Below are positions 46,975 through 56,948 of a stretch of DNA of 64,000 bases, in pieces. The stretch covers positions 244,795 through 308,794 of the forward strand of contig JBBCGN010000001.1 in assembly GCA_037200905.1 (NCBI GenBank), in the 5' to 3' direction. The stretch is from a bacterium. Lineage in GTDB: Bacteria; Patescibacteriota; Minisyncoccia; Phycocordibacterales; UBA9973. The notes beneath the pieces were generated by a model, which was not told the origin of the DNA, did no database searches, and worked only from the letters and a program-made list of their open reading frames with translations. The first letter of the stretch is position 1; each line of letters opens with the position of its first letter. The position numbers and the translations under genes are program-made.

Positions 46975-48405
46975 CTAGCGGATCGCTTCGAATTTCTTGC
47001 CGGCCTCGAAACAAGGCATCCTCGTCCCAGTGCGAGGCCATGAACTGGATGGAAAGCGGCAGACCCTCGTCGGTCTTGCCGGAAGGGCACCGCGAGCGAC
47101 GGCACGCCCGGGAGAGGTTTGCCGGCGCGGAGAAAATGTCGGAGAGATACATGGAAACAGGATCGTTCACCTTTTCTCCGATCTTGAATGCCGGGGTCGG
47201 CGTGGTAGGAGTGGCGATCAGGGAGACGCCTTCAAAGGCCTTCTTGAGCTCGGCGCGGATCCTTTCGCGCACCTGCACGGCCTTGTTGTATAGGCATCAT
47301 AGTATCCGTGCGAAAGCACGTACGTGCCGAGACAGTATGCGCCTGCGGGCTTCCTTGCCGAAGCCCTTTCCCCCTGCTCTTCTTGTAGACTTCCATCAGG
47401 TTCGCGCTTTCGCGGTCGGTGTAGCCGTAGCGGATGCCGTCGAAGCGGGACAGGTTGGTGGAAACTTCCGCCGGCATGATGATGTAATACGCCGCGAGGG
47501 AATATCTGCACTCTGGAAGCTCGACGTCGACGATCTCATAACCCGCATTTTTGAGCTTTTCGACAGACTGTTTGAAATTTTCCATGACGACGGGATCCAC
47601 GCCATCGGTAAAGAGGTGCCACGGCACGCCGATCTTTTTCATATTCTTCGCATCTCCTTTTTTGACGCGCTTATCCTCTGGGACAGAAGTAACTGTCGTG
47701 CTCGTCATATTTTGAGAGCGCTTTGAAAATTATTTCCGTATCATTCACGGTTTTCCCCGAAGGGCGATACCTGGTCGAGAGAGTTTCCCATGGGGATGAT
47801 GCCCTGGCGTGAAAGGGCGCCGTAGGTGGGCTTGAGCCGACCAGGCCGCAGAAAGACGATGGTTCGCGCACCGAGCCGCAGGTCTCCGTTACCGAGAGCC
47901 ACGAGGGCCATGTCGGCCGCCACGGCGATGGCCGAGCCGCCCGAAGATCCGCCGGGTACGCGGGAAGTATCATGCGGATTGCGAGAAACGCCATAGGCGC
48001 TGTTTTCCGTCGAGGAACCCATGGCGAACTCGTCCATGTTCGTACGGCCCAAAAATACCGCTCCCGGCCGCTTTCAATTCCCTGGATGACCGTGGCATCA
48101 TAGCTGGCAGATAGTTTTCCAAGATTTTTGACGCTGCGGAAGCGATGCGTCCTTCGATCAGGATATTATCCTTATAGCGAACGGTATGCCAGTGAGAAGC
48201 GTGGCCGAGCCGTCGGAAAATTTCTGCTGCGCTACTTCAGCTTGTGCCAGCACGTCGCCATAGACTTCGAGGTAGGCATGGAGCTCGGTATTTTTCTCTG
48301 CAATAACCCCAAGATATGCTTCCGCTAATTCTTTGCAGAGTGCAATCGCCCGCCTTGAGCGCTGCATGAGCTTTTTTCGATTGTCAGATGTTCCAGATCG
48401 ATCAT
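46975..48405 (-). pseudogene. gatA: Glu/Asp-tRNA amidotransferase subunit A (five or more frame breaks)
   Basis: [36 protein letters not shown] in ORF 47741..48052. N-terminal, middle and C-terminal pieces lie in ORFs 48158, 47232 and 46952. The reconstructed end is ..DALFEAGKKFEAIR. Confidence 0.8.
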
Positions 48406-48676
48406 AGTATCTTTTTTACTTTCAGGAAACCGTCTTGCGAATCCGGAAACTGCCTGACGATAAGCTCCTTGGAAAATGGGAACGGCGCGCTCGCGTCTTC
48501 GCGCCAGGCATTATAAAGCTCGGGAGTAAACAGCCGAGCTGTCCGCTTCCGCTTTTTCGATGATCTTCACGTATGCGATGACGCCGCCCAAGATCGGCGA
48601 GCATCTCTCTCTTCTCTTCTGCCGACAGATCGAGCCGGGCCAGTTCCATTAAATTTTCTACAGCTTTGATATCCAT
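48402..48676 (-). pseudogene. gatC: Glu/Asp-tRNA amidotransferase subunit C (frame breaks)
   Basis: MDIKAVENLMELARLDLSAEEKREMLADLG, then in other frames ..VIAYVKIIEKAEAD.. and ..FPDSQDGFLKVKKIL. The stop overlaps the gatA ATG (ATGA). Confidence 0.7.
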
Positions 48677-48680
48677 ATCA

Positions 48681-49574
48681 TTATTCGTGCCCGACAAGAG
48701 CCTGGATGCGGGCCGGTATCGGCGGATGGGTCGAGAACAGGTTCGAGACCCTCTTGCCGAGACTGCCGCCGAAAGGGTTGGCGATAAAAAGGTGGGCGGT
48801 CGCGGTATTGGCGTATTTCATCGGCTTGGCATACTGGTCGATCTTCTTGAGCGCGCTCGCAAGGCCCTCGGGATAGCGGGTCAAAAGGGCGCCCGAAGCA
48901 TCGGCCAGGAATTCCCGCTTGCGCGAGATGGCGAGCTCTATGAGAGTGGCGATGATCGGCGAGAGGATGGAAAGTATCACGCCTATGAGCATGAGTATGC
49001 CTCCGCCACGAGTGTCATCGTCCCTTCTCGCGCCTGCCCAGGTGAGCGAACGCAGGAACATGTTTGCCGCCAGAGAGATGAATCCCACCAGGACGACTAC
49101 CACGGTCGAAAGCAGGATGTCGCGGTTGCCGATATGCGAGAGCTCGTGCGCGATCACGCCTTCGAGTTCGGCCTTGTCGAGGATCGCCAAGATGCCGGTC
49201 GTCACCGCCACTACGGCATGCTCCTTGTCCCTGCCAGTGGCGAAAGCGTTCGGAGCCGGGTCGGCGATGATGTAGACTTTCGGCATCGGCAGGCCCGCCG
49301 TGATGGCGAGATTTTCCACGATATTCCAGAGCATCGGATTATCTTCTTTCTTGACCGGCTTGGCATGATTGACCGCCAGAGCCACCTTGTCCGAATACCA
49401 GTAGCCCGCCACGTTCATGACGATGCTGAAAATGACGAAGACGTAGAGGATGTCCGGATTGCCGTAATACTGCGAGAAGAAGAAGCCGATAGCGATGACA
49501 ATGACGAAAAAGATGCTCATCAGGAGCCATGTTTTCGAGACATTTTTCGATTGCTGGGTATATAACGTGGCCAT
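48681..49574 (-). CDS. htpX: Zinc metalloprotease HtpX (M48 family)
   Basis: Four TM segments. HELSHIGNRD (HExxH). ..FSTHPPIPARI.. Confidence 0.9.
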   Translation of the reverse strand: MATLYTQQSKNVSKTWLLMSIFFVIVIAIGFFFSQYYGNPDILYVFVIFSIVMNVAGYWYSDKVALAVNHAKPVKKEDNPMLWNIVENLAITAGLPMPKVYIIADPAPNAFATGRDKEHAVVAVTTGILAILDKAELEGVIAHELSHIGNRDILLSTVVVVLVGFISLAANMFLRSLTWAGARRDDDTRGGGILMLIGVILSILSPIIATLIELAISRKREFLADASGALLTRYPEGLASALKKIDQYAKPMKYANTATAHLFIANPFGGSLGKRVSNLFSTHPPIPARIQALVGHE

Positions 49575-49576
49575 AG

Positions 49577-50101
49577 GGTCATTGTATCACGACGGGAATG
49601 TCGATGGTCTTTTCGTTTTTTTTCATCCCCTGACGGATTGTCATTATGGATTTCGATATATCCCGGGCCTTTCGGCGCTTTCGAGAAATCGATGTCAGCG
49701 CCGAAGGTTACCGGCCCGGCGGTCATCCAGTCCGTAGTGGCCGTGCCGTGCGTCTCAAAGACGTGTTTCTTGTCCGCATCGAGCGCGTGAATGACGATGT
49801 TGCCTTCGAAGAAGTAATTATTCTTAACCACGCCCGTGACATGAGTCATGCCATGCACAGCTCCTCCGGGAGCGATAGAGAAAGACACGAGATCATCCTT
49901 GTTCGGGCCTATGACTGCAGGCACGGCATCGGCGCTATCGCCTTTCGGCGATGCGTCTCCCATCTGCATATCGTCCGAGTTTGGAAAATATACCTGCTTG
50001 TTCTGGTACATGAAACGGAGGGCGATGACCATGAGTATAATCAACACCAGAAGTAGTGCCGTATTGAGCTTTGAGCCGAAAAACCAGTATTTCTTATCCA
50101 T
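49577..50101 (-). pseudogene. Gmad2 Ig-like domain protein with an N-terminal anchor (one frame break in an A8 run at 49616-49623)
   Basis: ..VTGVVKNNYFFEGNIVIHALDADKKHVFETHGTATTDWMTAGPVTFGADIDF.. The shifted frame ends ..GMKKNEKTIDIPVVIQ just before htpX. Confidence 0.6.
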
Positions 50102-50105
50102 GATC

Positions 50106-50654
50106 TTAGAATTTCACTTCTACGGGATTCTGCGCCGCATCGTTGTCCGGCAGGTCGAAGAATTCCATTTTCGTGAAGTGAAAGGCGCCGGCAAGAATAT
50201 TCGAAGGAAAGACTTCGATCTTGGTATTGAAGTCGCGGACGTTCGCGTTGTAGAAACGGCGAGCGGACTGAATCTTGTTCTCGGTATCGGAGAGTTCGTT
50301 CTGCAAGGCCAGGAAATTCTGATTGGCCTTGAGATCCGGATAGGCTTCAGCGACGGCAAAGACGGATTTCAACGCGCCCGTGAGCATGTTTTCGTTCGCC
50401 GCCTTGTCGGAGAGGCTCCCCCCGCTCATGGCGGCCGCGCGGGCTTTGGTCACGTTGTCGAATGCCGTGGACTCGTGCGTGGCATAGCCCTTGACCGTAT
50501 TCACGAGGTTCGGAATCAGGTCATATCTGCGCTTGAGCTGGACCTCGATGTCCGCCCAGGCTTCCTTGGCGCGATTGCGCAGCGTCACCAGGCCGTTGAA
50601 GGCGAAAATGACCCACAGAACTATAATGCCCAATATTATCAATATGATTGTCAT
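50106..50654 (-). CDS. lemA: LemA family protein
   Basis: ..FNGLVTLRNRAKEAWADIEVQLKRRYDLIPNLV..AEAYPDLKANQNFLALQNEL.. Confidence 0.9.
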   Translation of the reverse strand: MTIILIILGIIVLWVIFAFNGLVTLRNRAKEAWADIEVQLKRRYDLIPNLVNTVKGYATHESTAFDNVTKARAAAMSGGSLSDKAANENMLTGALKSVFAVAEAYPDLKANQNFLALQNELSDTENKIQSARRFYNANVRDFNTKIEVFPSNILAGAFHFTKMEFFDLPDNDAAQNPVEVKF

Positions 50655-50688
50655 AATGAGGAGTATATCACAATCCTGAAAAATTGTG

Positions 50689-51606
50689 TTATTTGCTTTT
50701 CTTGCTTGCCGCCTTCTTGGCCTGCGCTTCTTCGATTATGACGAGAAGCGGAGACGCGAGGAAGATCGAGGAATACGTTCCGAAGAACATGCCTGCGGTC
50801 ATCATGAGCGCGAAGTATTTCGTGGATACGGGGCCGTAGAAGAAGAGCGAGAGCAAGACGAGGATGACAGTAAGCGATGTGCAGATAGATCGGACATACG
50901 ACTGCTTCAAGCTCATGCCCACGATTTCCGCGAATTGCGTCTTGGCAACGTTCGCCTGATTCTTCAAGTTCTCGCGGATGCGGTCGAAGACCACGATGGT
51001 ATCGGAGATGGAAAGACCGAGCACTGTCAGCACTGCGACGACGAACAGCGTGTCCATCTCCGCGCCATAGTAGTGCGAAAGGATGGCGAAGATGCCGACC
51101 GGGATGGCCACGTCATGGAGCAGGGTGATGATAGCGATGATGCCGTACCTCCAAGAAGACACCGGCTTGGAAACTTTCCTGAAGGCGTATGCGATGAAGA
51201 GGATGATGGCGAGCGACACCAGGATGCCGGCCACGATGGCCTTGCGGGTCAGCTCATGGCCGACGGAAGGGCCGATGGAATTGAAGCCCTTTTCTTCGAG
51301 CGGAAAGGCGCCGTCCTTGGAAAGGACCTTGAGCAGGGCCGCGTGTTCCGCATCGGAAATATCACGGCTCTTGATGATATAGCCCGTGTCGCCGGTCGGC
51401 TGCACAAGCACTTCGCCGATGTTGAGCGGAGCAAGATTGAGATCAGCCTGGGCCGGGCGGGCGGCGGTATAAGCGACTTCCGTCAGCGCTCCCCCTTTGA
51501 AGTCGATGCCGACGTTGAGGCCGAAATACGCGAGCGCGCCGATGGCCAGTATGACGAGCGCTATGGAGATGCCGACGAATATTTTTTTGTATTTGATGAT
51601 GAACAT
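50689..51606 (-). CDS. secF: Protein translocase subunit SecF
   Basis: ..GIDFKGG.. with six TM segments. ..TIVVFDRIRENL.. Directly downstream of secD. Confidence 0.9.
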   Translation of the reverse strand: MFIIKYKKIFVGISIALVILAIGALAYFGLNVGIDFKGGALTEVAYTAARPAQADLNLAPLNIGEVLVQPTGDTGYIIKSRDISDAEHAALLKVLSKDGAFPLEEKGFNSIGPSVGHELTRKAIVAGILVSLAIILFIAYAFRKVSKPVSSWRYGIIAIITLLHDVAIPVGIFAILSHYYGAEMDTLFVVAVLTVLGLSISDTIVVFDRIRENLKNQANVAKTQFAEIVGMSLKQSYVRSICTSLTVILVLLSLFFYGPVSTKYFALMMTAGMFFGTYSSIFLASPLLVIIEEAQAKKAASKKSK

Positions 51607-51609
51607 AAA

Positions 51610-53004
51610 TTATTTTGAAAAGCCGCTCGAGAAAAGGAATCTGGTAAATCTGTTCTCTTTCTTGAAACGCATGGTCGAAAGGAATACACGGGTCACCGTG
51701 ATGGCCGAGAACATGGATATGAGCACGCCCAAGCCGAGCGTCAGGGCGAAGCCCTTGATGAGCGACGTGCCGAACCAGTACAGGATGACTGCAGTGATGA
51801 GGCTCGAAGAATTCGAATCGCGGATAGAAGACCAGGCTCGGGCAAAGCCGTGAGATACGGCATCGGCAATAGTGCGTCCGGTATGCAGTTCCTCCTTGAT
51901 GCGCTCGAAGATGAGCACGTTGGCATCGACGGCGATGCCCATGGAAATGATGAAGCCGGCGATGCCTGCCGCGGTGAGGGTGACAGGGATCAATTTGAAC
52001 AATGCCAGCATGATGACGATGAAAATAGAAAGCGAAATAGTTGCGATCAATCCCGGCAGCCTGTACCAGACGATCAGGAAAAGGGCGACAAGCAGGAAAC
52101 CGATGACTCCGGCTTCGATGCCGGCACGGACTGCCGTACCACCAAGAGTGGCGCCGATGGTCTGCTTCGAGAGCAATGTGATCGGTACGGGCAAGGCGCC
52201 GGAATTCAAGCGGCCGACGAGCTGCTTTGCTTCGCTCGGAGTGAACTTCCCGGAAATGACCGCGGTGCCGTCAGGGATTTCCTGGCGGACTACCGGGGTA
52301 GATATGGGCGCGCCGTCGAGATAAATGGCGACAGTCTTGCCGATGTTGTTCTTGGTGATGTCCGCGAAGAGCTTCGTGCCCGTATCGTCGAACTGCAGCG
52401 TCACCGTCGGCTCGCGCGTAGTCGGATCGAATTGCAGGATTGCCTTCTTCAGATATCTGCCTGTAAGATCCGTAGAGACGTATGGAGAAATATTGCCGAT
52501 GTTCACCGAAGGCTTGCCGTCCTTGCCGACAGTGATGTCCTGCACGGGCACAGGCGTATTGGCATCGCGTTCCGTCTTGAATTCGAGCAGCGGCGTCTGG
52601 CCGATCATGGCGGTGGCTTTTTCGACATCAGTGATGCCCGGCAGGTCGACGACGAGCTTCTGTTCCCCGCCCGAGACGAGGCCGCCCTTCTGCACCTGCA
52701 CGACAGGCTCGGAAACGCCGAAGAGGTTCACGCGGCGCTCGATGACGTCGCGGAGGGCGTCCATGGATTCGCTGACTTGGCCCGGTTCGACGGCGCTCAC
52801 GTCAGCCTTGTACACCAGATGGCTGCCGCCGGAGAGATCGAGACCGAGGCGGAATTCATGGTTCTGGAAGAAATGCTTCTCCGTGCCGAAATGCGGATTG
52901 AGCTTGTACTCGGACTTATAGACGAAAAGCCCGACGCCCGCGCCGAGGATGAGTATTATGAGGGCCAAAACTCTTTTCTTCCACATATAGGTATTGAGAG
53001 ACAT
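51610..53004 (-). CDS. secD: Protein translocase subunit SecD (start 53004 or 52986)
   Basis: ..LGLDLSGGSHLVY..GISMGIAVDANVLIFERIKEE.. Confidence 0.9.
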   Translation of the reverse strand: MSLNTYMWKKRVLALIILILGAGVGLFVYKSEYKLNPHFGTEKHFFQNHEFRLGLDLSGGSHLVYKADVSAVEPGQVSESMDALRDVIERRVNLFGVSEPVVQVQKGGLVSGGEQKLVVDLPGITDVEKATAMIGQTPLLEFKTERDANTPVPVQDITVGKDGKPSVNIGNISPYVSTDLTGRYLKKAILQFDPTTREPTVTLQFDDTGTKLFADITKNNIGKTVAIYLDGAPISTPVVRQEIPDGTAVISGKFTPSEAKQLVGRLNSGALPVPITLLSKQTIGATLGGTAVRAGIEAGVIGFLLVALFLIVWYRLPGLIATISLSIFIVIMLALFKLIPVTLTAAGIAGFIISMGIAVDANVLIFERIKEELHTGRTIADAVSHGFARAWSSIRDSNSSSLITAVILYWFGTSLIKGFALTLGLGVLISMFSAITVTRVFLSTMRFKKENRFTRFLFSSGFSK

Positions 53005-53091
53005 GATATACGCAAACGGCCGAAGATGCAAGCAAACAAAGCGCGCAGCGGACATTTGCGCCAAAGGGTTATTTTCTATACAATATCAGGT

Positions 53092-53817
53092 ATGAAAAAC
53101 CTCAACAAAAACTACATAGCGTTCGCGGCCATCCTGGGCCTGTCTCTCGTCCTGTCCTTTATCATCGCTTCGGCCACGTTCTACCACCTGCGTTCCGAGG
53201 ATTCCCTCACGTCGACTGGCAGCGCCAAGCAGTCTGTCACTTCCGACAAGGTGAAGTGGACGTCGAGCATTTCGCGCCCGGTCACCGTCTCGACCATGAG
53301 CGCCGGCTATGCCAAGATGGACGCCGACCTCAAGGCCGTGAAGGACTTCATGTCCGCGAACGGCATCGCCGCGGACTCGCTCGACATCTCTCCCGTCTTC
53401 ATGAACGAAGTCTATGACCAGAACTACAGCGCCGAGAAACGTTACAATCTCCTGCAGAATATCACCGTACAGTCGGACGACGTGGCAAAGATCGATAATC
53501 TCTCCAAGAACACGAGCTCGCTCGTCACGGAAAAGGGCGTGCTATTCGCCACCAATTCCGTGGAATACTATTACTCCAAGCTCGCCGATGCCCGCGTCGA
53601 GCTCCTGGCCGCCGCTGTCGCCGATGCCAAGGCCCGAGCCGGACAGCTCGCCGTCGCAGGAGGCAAGAAAATCGGCGTGCTTAAATCCGCTTCGAGCGGC
53701 GTGGTACAGGTCATGGCTCCGAACTCCGTCGAAGTTTCCGACTACGGCTCATATGATACCTCGTCCATCGACAAAGAGATAATGGTCACGGTCAAAGCGA
53801 CCTTCGGTATAAAATAA
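53092..53817 (+). CDS. SIMPL (DUF541) domain protein
   Basis: This is the real 3' part of the artefactual ORF 51850..53817, from MKNLNKNYIAFAAILGLSLV. ..LAAAVADAKARAGQLAVAGGKKIGVLKSASSG.. is typical of SIMPL. Confidence 0.7.
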   Translation: MKNLNKNYIAFAAILGLSLVLSFIIASATFYHLRSEDSLTSTGSAKQSVTSDKVKWTSSISRPVTVSTMSAGYAKMDADLKAVKDFMSANGIAADSLDISPVFMNEVYDQNYSAEKRYNLLQNITVQSDDVAKIDNLSKNTSSLVTEKGVLFATNSVEYYYSKLADARVELLAAAVADAKARAGQLAVAGGKKIGVLKSASSGVVQVMAPNSVEVSDYGSYDTSSIDKEIMVTVKATFGIK

Positions 53818-53824
53818 ATCTCCT

Positions 53825-54613
53825 CTAGAGCAGGAACAAGAGAATAAGTACGCCCGCGATGATGCGGTACCATCCGAAAATGACGAAGGAGTGCTTTTTG
53901 ATATAGCCGAGCAGCCATTTGACGACGGCGAGGGCAACTATGAAAGAGACAATGAAGCCGAGGGCAATGGTGCCCCACTCTCCGCCAGTGAAAGCGAAAC
54001 CGGATTTGTATAGATCGTATGAGGTCGCCGCGAGCATGGTGGGTATGGCGAGCAGGAACGAAAACTCGACGACTGCGGCGCGGGAAAGCCCGCGAGCGCG
54101 GCCGGAAAGGATGACCGCGAGCGAGCGGGATACGCCGGGCACGACGGCGAGGGCCTGGGCAGTACCGATCAGGAGCAGATCTTTGACCGAAAGCTGTTCG
54201 ACGTTCTTGTGAAAGATATTGTCCACTTTATGGAGTTCTGCTTCCCTCTCGCGGTATTCGAAAAAGATGATCAGTATGCCGCCGATGATGAGCATGGAAG
54301 CAGAGAGCATGATATTGCCGAGGAGATACGACTTGATGAGCTTGTAGAGCAGGAATCCTATGATGCCCGTCGGGATGAAAGCGATGGCGATATTGCGGAA
54401 ATACGTCCACGAGGTGAAAACTTTCTTCCAGTACAAGAGCACCACGGCGAGGATGGCGCCGAGCTGGATGACGATCTCGAAGCTCTTGATGAAGTCGCTG
54501 TCGGCGATATGGAGCAGGGTCCGGGTGATGTCAAGGTGCGCAGTCGAAGATATCGGCAGGAATTCCGTCACCCCCTCGACGATGCCCATGATGATAGTGT
54601 GTAAGAATGTCAT
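53825..54613 (-). CDS. uppP: Undecaprenyl-diphosphate phosphatase
   Basis: GIVEGVTEFLPISSTAHL..PGVSRS.. 262 aa, multi-TM. Confidence 0.9.
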   Translation of the reverse strand: MTFLHTIIMGIVEGVTEFLPISSTAHLDITRTLLHIADSDFIKSFEIVIQLGAILAVVLLYWKKVFTSWTYFRNIAIAFIPTGIIGFLLYKLIKSYLLGNIMLSASMLIIGGILIIFFEYREREAELHKVDNIFHKNVEQLSVKDLLLIGTAQALAVVPGVSRSLAVILSGRARGLSRAAVVEFSFLLAIPTMLAATSYDLYKSGFAFTGGEWGTIALGFIVSFIVALAVVKWLLGYIKKHSFVIFGWYRIIAGVLILLFLL

Positions 54614-54825
54614 GATTCTATTATATCAGAACCGTGATAGTTATATGCTTTGAAAAAGGCTTACTTAGAGCAATAAAGTGATACCGTATCGTACCAACAA
54701 GAATAACTACCAAAAGTTATATATGATATATATTGACTAAATCTTTAAACTGTAATATAATATTGTTAGATTTTTACTCGTTATTATTTGACAACAAAAT
54801 TGCTCACAATCAAAATCATTAAGTC

Positions 54826-56037
54826 ATGAAGCTACATGAACTAGACTTTAACTCCCCACTCACGACATCGATTTATTGTGAAAGGTACATTAATGACTCA
54901 AGGGGTCGTTTCGATCAGTACTCGGATGTAAATCCTATATATGACCCGCAAGGAACTTTATCTGAACTTCAGGTACCGTTTATGTGGATACAGGAAGAAG
55001 ACCTTGAAGTGTACAGCTTCAACCCGTCAACGATGCTTTTAGCAAGTGTTTTCAGTAAAAATGCCTACAAATTCTTTTGGCATCCTGATACTATCCGCAA
55101 AGGCTTTGAAATTGATGGATATGCTGTGATGCAGCCAACAAGTTCAACAAGGACAATGCTCGAAATGGGAACGATGCTGTATTACGTTAAAACTGATCTT
55201 GACAAGAAACATTTCCGCTTCGTTCGAAGATTGAAAAAAGACTCTGTTATTCACAGCATAGAAATCTGTAGAGATCTGCACCTTTTAACATCGCAACTAA
55301 TTGCGAATTCAAGATACAGTTTTCTGCCCGAATCACTCGGTCTCGTCATTGCCAACGGTGCCCACAAAGAATCTGGTGTTCTCTTTAGAGATACCACGCC
55401 ATTTCCTCTTCGTGAGGATAGAAGAGTTTTGATACCTTACCATTCACTCTACGCTGATGATCAAAATGACATCGAATCAAAACCATTATTAATTCAGTTA
55501 TGCGAAAGACATTCGCAGTTTGATCCGCTTGGATTCTTTTTGGAACACATTGTAGGTTATATACAAGATGCTTGGGCGTTATTAGTTACCAAACGAGGTT
55601 TATTGCCTGAACTACATGGGCAAAATTCTTTGATTGAAATTGATGAGAACCTATTTCCTCAAAGGATTGTTCATCGTGATTTTCAAGGAACTTACAGTGA
55701 TTCTAAAATCAGAGCATCTCTTGGTTTGAAATTGTTCAATAAGCATCTTGCCGGTGAGGAATCCGGAACAACAAGGCAGTCCCAATACAGCCATGTCTAT
55801 GACGGAATGATTGGTAGGTATTTACTTGAAAGAATGACGAAGACCTTCTGTGCTTATTACGGCAGGTATAGTTATAAAATTGTTGCTCAAGAAATTGCTC
55901 GACGATTTAACCTGATTCCAGGAAACGCAATTGAGATGTTTCCGTCAACTACTTACAAATTTAAGAACACGGCAATAGAGCAAGATGGGAATGATGTAGA
56001 ACTGATAGATACAGGAGAATCACCTGATTTCCGTTGA
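54826..56037 (+). CDS. IucA/IucC-like (NIS synthetase-like) family protein, divergent
   Basis: ..FFWHPDT..MQPTSSTRTM..YVKTDLDKKHFRFVRRL..LPELHGQNSLIEID..IVHRDFQGTYSD resemble the IucA/IucC motifs (HPWQ, S.RT, lKlsl..R.l, EaHgQN, RDf.g). Pattern recognition only. Confidence 0.45.
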   Translation: MKLHELDFNSPLTTSIYCERYINDSRGRFDQYSDVNPIYDPQGTLSELQVPFMWIQEEDLEVYSFNPSTMLLASVFSKNAYKFFWHPDTIRKGFEIDGYAVMQPTSSTRTMLEMGTMLYYVKTDLDKKHFRFVRRLKKDSVIHSIEICRDLHLLTSQLIANSRYSFLPESLGLVIANGAHKESGVLFRDTTPFPLREDRRVLIPYHSLYADDQNDIESKPLLIQLCERHSQFDPLGFFLEHIVGYIQDAWALLVTKRGLLPELHGQNSLIEIDENLFPQRIVHRDFQGTYSDSKIRASLGLKLFNKHLAGEESGTTRQSQYSHVYDGMIGRYLLERMTKTFCAYYGRYSYKIVAQEIARRFNLIPGNAIEMFPSTTYKFKNTAIEQDGNDVELIDTGESPDFR

Positions 56038-56110
56038 TTTAGCTAAAAGAATGATAAGAACTGCTCGGCATAAATATGCTTTGCAGTCCTATATTTTTTA
56101 ACGTAAAATA

Positions 56111-56896
56111 GTGACAATGAAAGAAACATTAAGAACATCGGATTTCGGCACGGGATTAACTGAACTGCATGTATATGAATCCAGGAATAAAACAAGCCGG
56201 GTCATCTTGCTTCTTAAGGGCATCTATAGTTATCATTTCGAACTTGATGATTTCAAAACAGACTTGACTGGATTAAAATGGGATCAGGCTTTTGTCAGGT
56301 ACTTTCTTGAACATGCTCATGTCATATGCGTAAATACTTCCAGATTGGCGGATCATGACCAGACTATTTTTTCTCAGAGGGAAGATTCATTCTATGGGAA
56401 AAATTATTCGCAAGAAGTCTCGGATGTCAAAATTGCATTTGAGAAAGCCCTCCAGATACTTGGTGCAAAAGGCGTACAAGAGCCTATCATTCATCTCATC
56501 GGTAAATCATTCGGCGGTACGGTTTTTCTCGGAATGCCGGAAGTCACTTCAAAAGCTTGCTCGATCGCTATGCTCGGGAGCGGCTGCGGTCGTAGCAAAG
56601 AAACCGCAAAACCGCTTCTGAGTACTCTGCCAGATGAGGAAAAATTGCTTGAAACAATCCGCGATTATTCGGGATTCTTTTCATTGTATAGGGGCGAGTT
56701 TGACGAAGTTGTTCCTATCGAATCGCAAGAAAAGATCGTAAAGGCAAGCGGCGCAAAAGTGACGAATTATGTCACCATAAGAGATACCGATCATGAGTTC
56801 GAAAAAATAAATGGTCAAGACAGCCTGGAGCCGGGCATCTTACTTAGAAAGATGTTATTAGACACCATCCTATTAAGCGAAAAACATAGAACCTAG
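56111..56896 (+). CDS. Alpha/beta hydrolase fold protein (ATG at 56117)
   Basis: HLIGKSFGG is a GxSxG nucleophile elbow. ..GEFDEVVP.. and ..RDTDHEF.. are candidate acid and His residues. Confidence 0.6.
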   Translation: MTMKETLRTSDFGTGLTELHVYESRNKTSRVILLLKGIYSYHFELDDFKTDLTGLKWDQAFVRYFLEHAHVICVNTSRLADHDQTIFSQREDSFYGKNYSQEVSDVKIAFEKALQILGAKGVQEPIIHLIGKSFGGTVFLGMPEVTSKACSIAMLGSGCGRSKETAKPLLSTLPDEEKLLETIRDYSGFFSLYRGEFDEVVPIESQEKIVKASGAKVTNYVTIRDTDHEFEKINGQDSLEPGILLRKMLLDTILLSEKHRT

Positions 56897-56924
56897 CATG
56901 CATTGTTAGGTTCTATTTATTTTG
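56888..56924 (+). terminator. Rho-independent terminator
   Basis: agaaccta-gcatgcattgt-taggttct followed by atttatttt. It overlaps the stop codon. Confidence 0.65.
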
Positions 56925-56948
56925 AACTTCTGATCGCGGTTAGATGGG

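Noticed and set aside
51850-53091. N-terminal 400+ aa of the 655-aa plus-strand ORF 51850..53817.
   Set aside because: It is antisense to secD. Only the part from the ATG at 53092 (the SIMPL domain protein) has a sensible sequence, a signal anchor and its own intergenic region.
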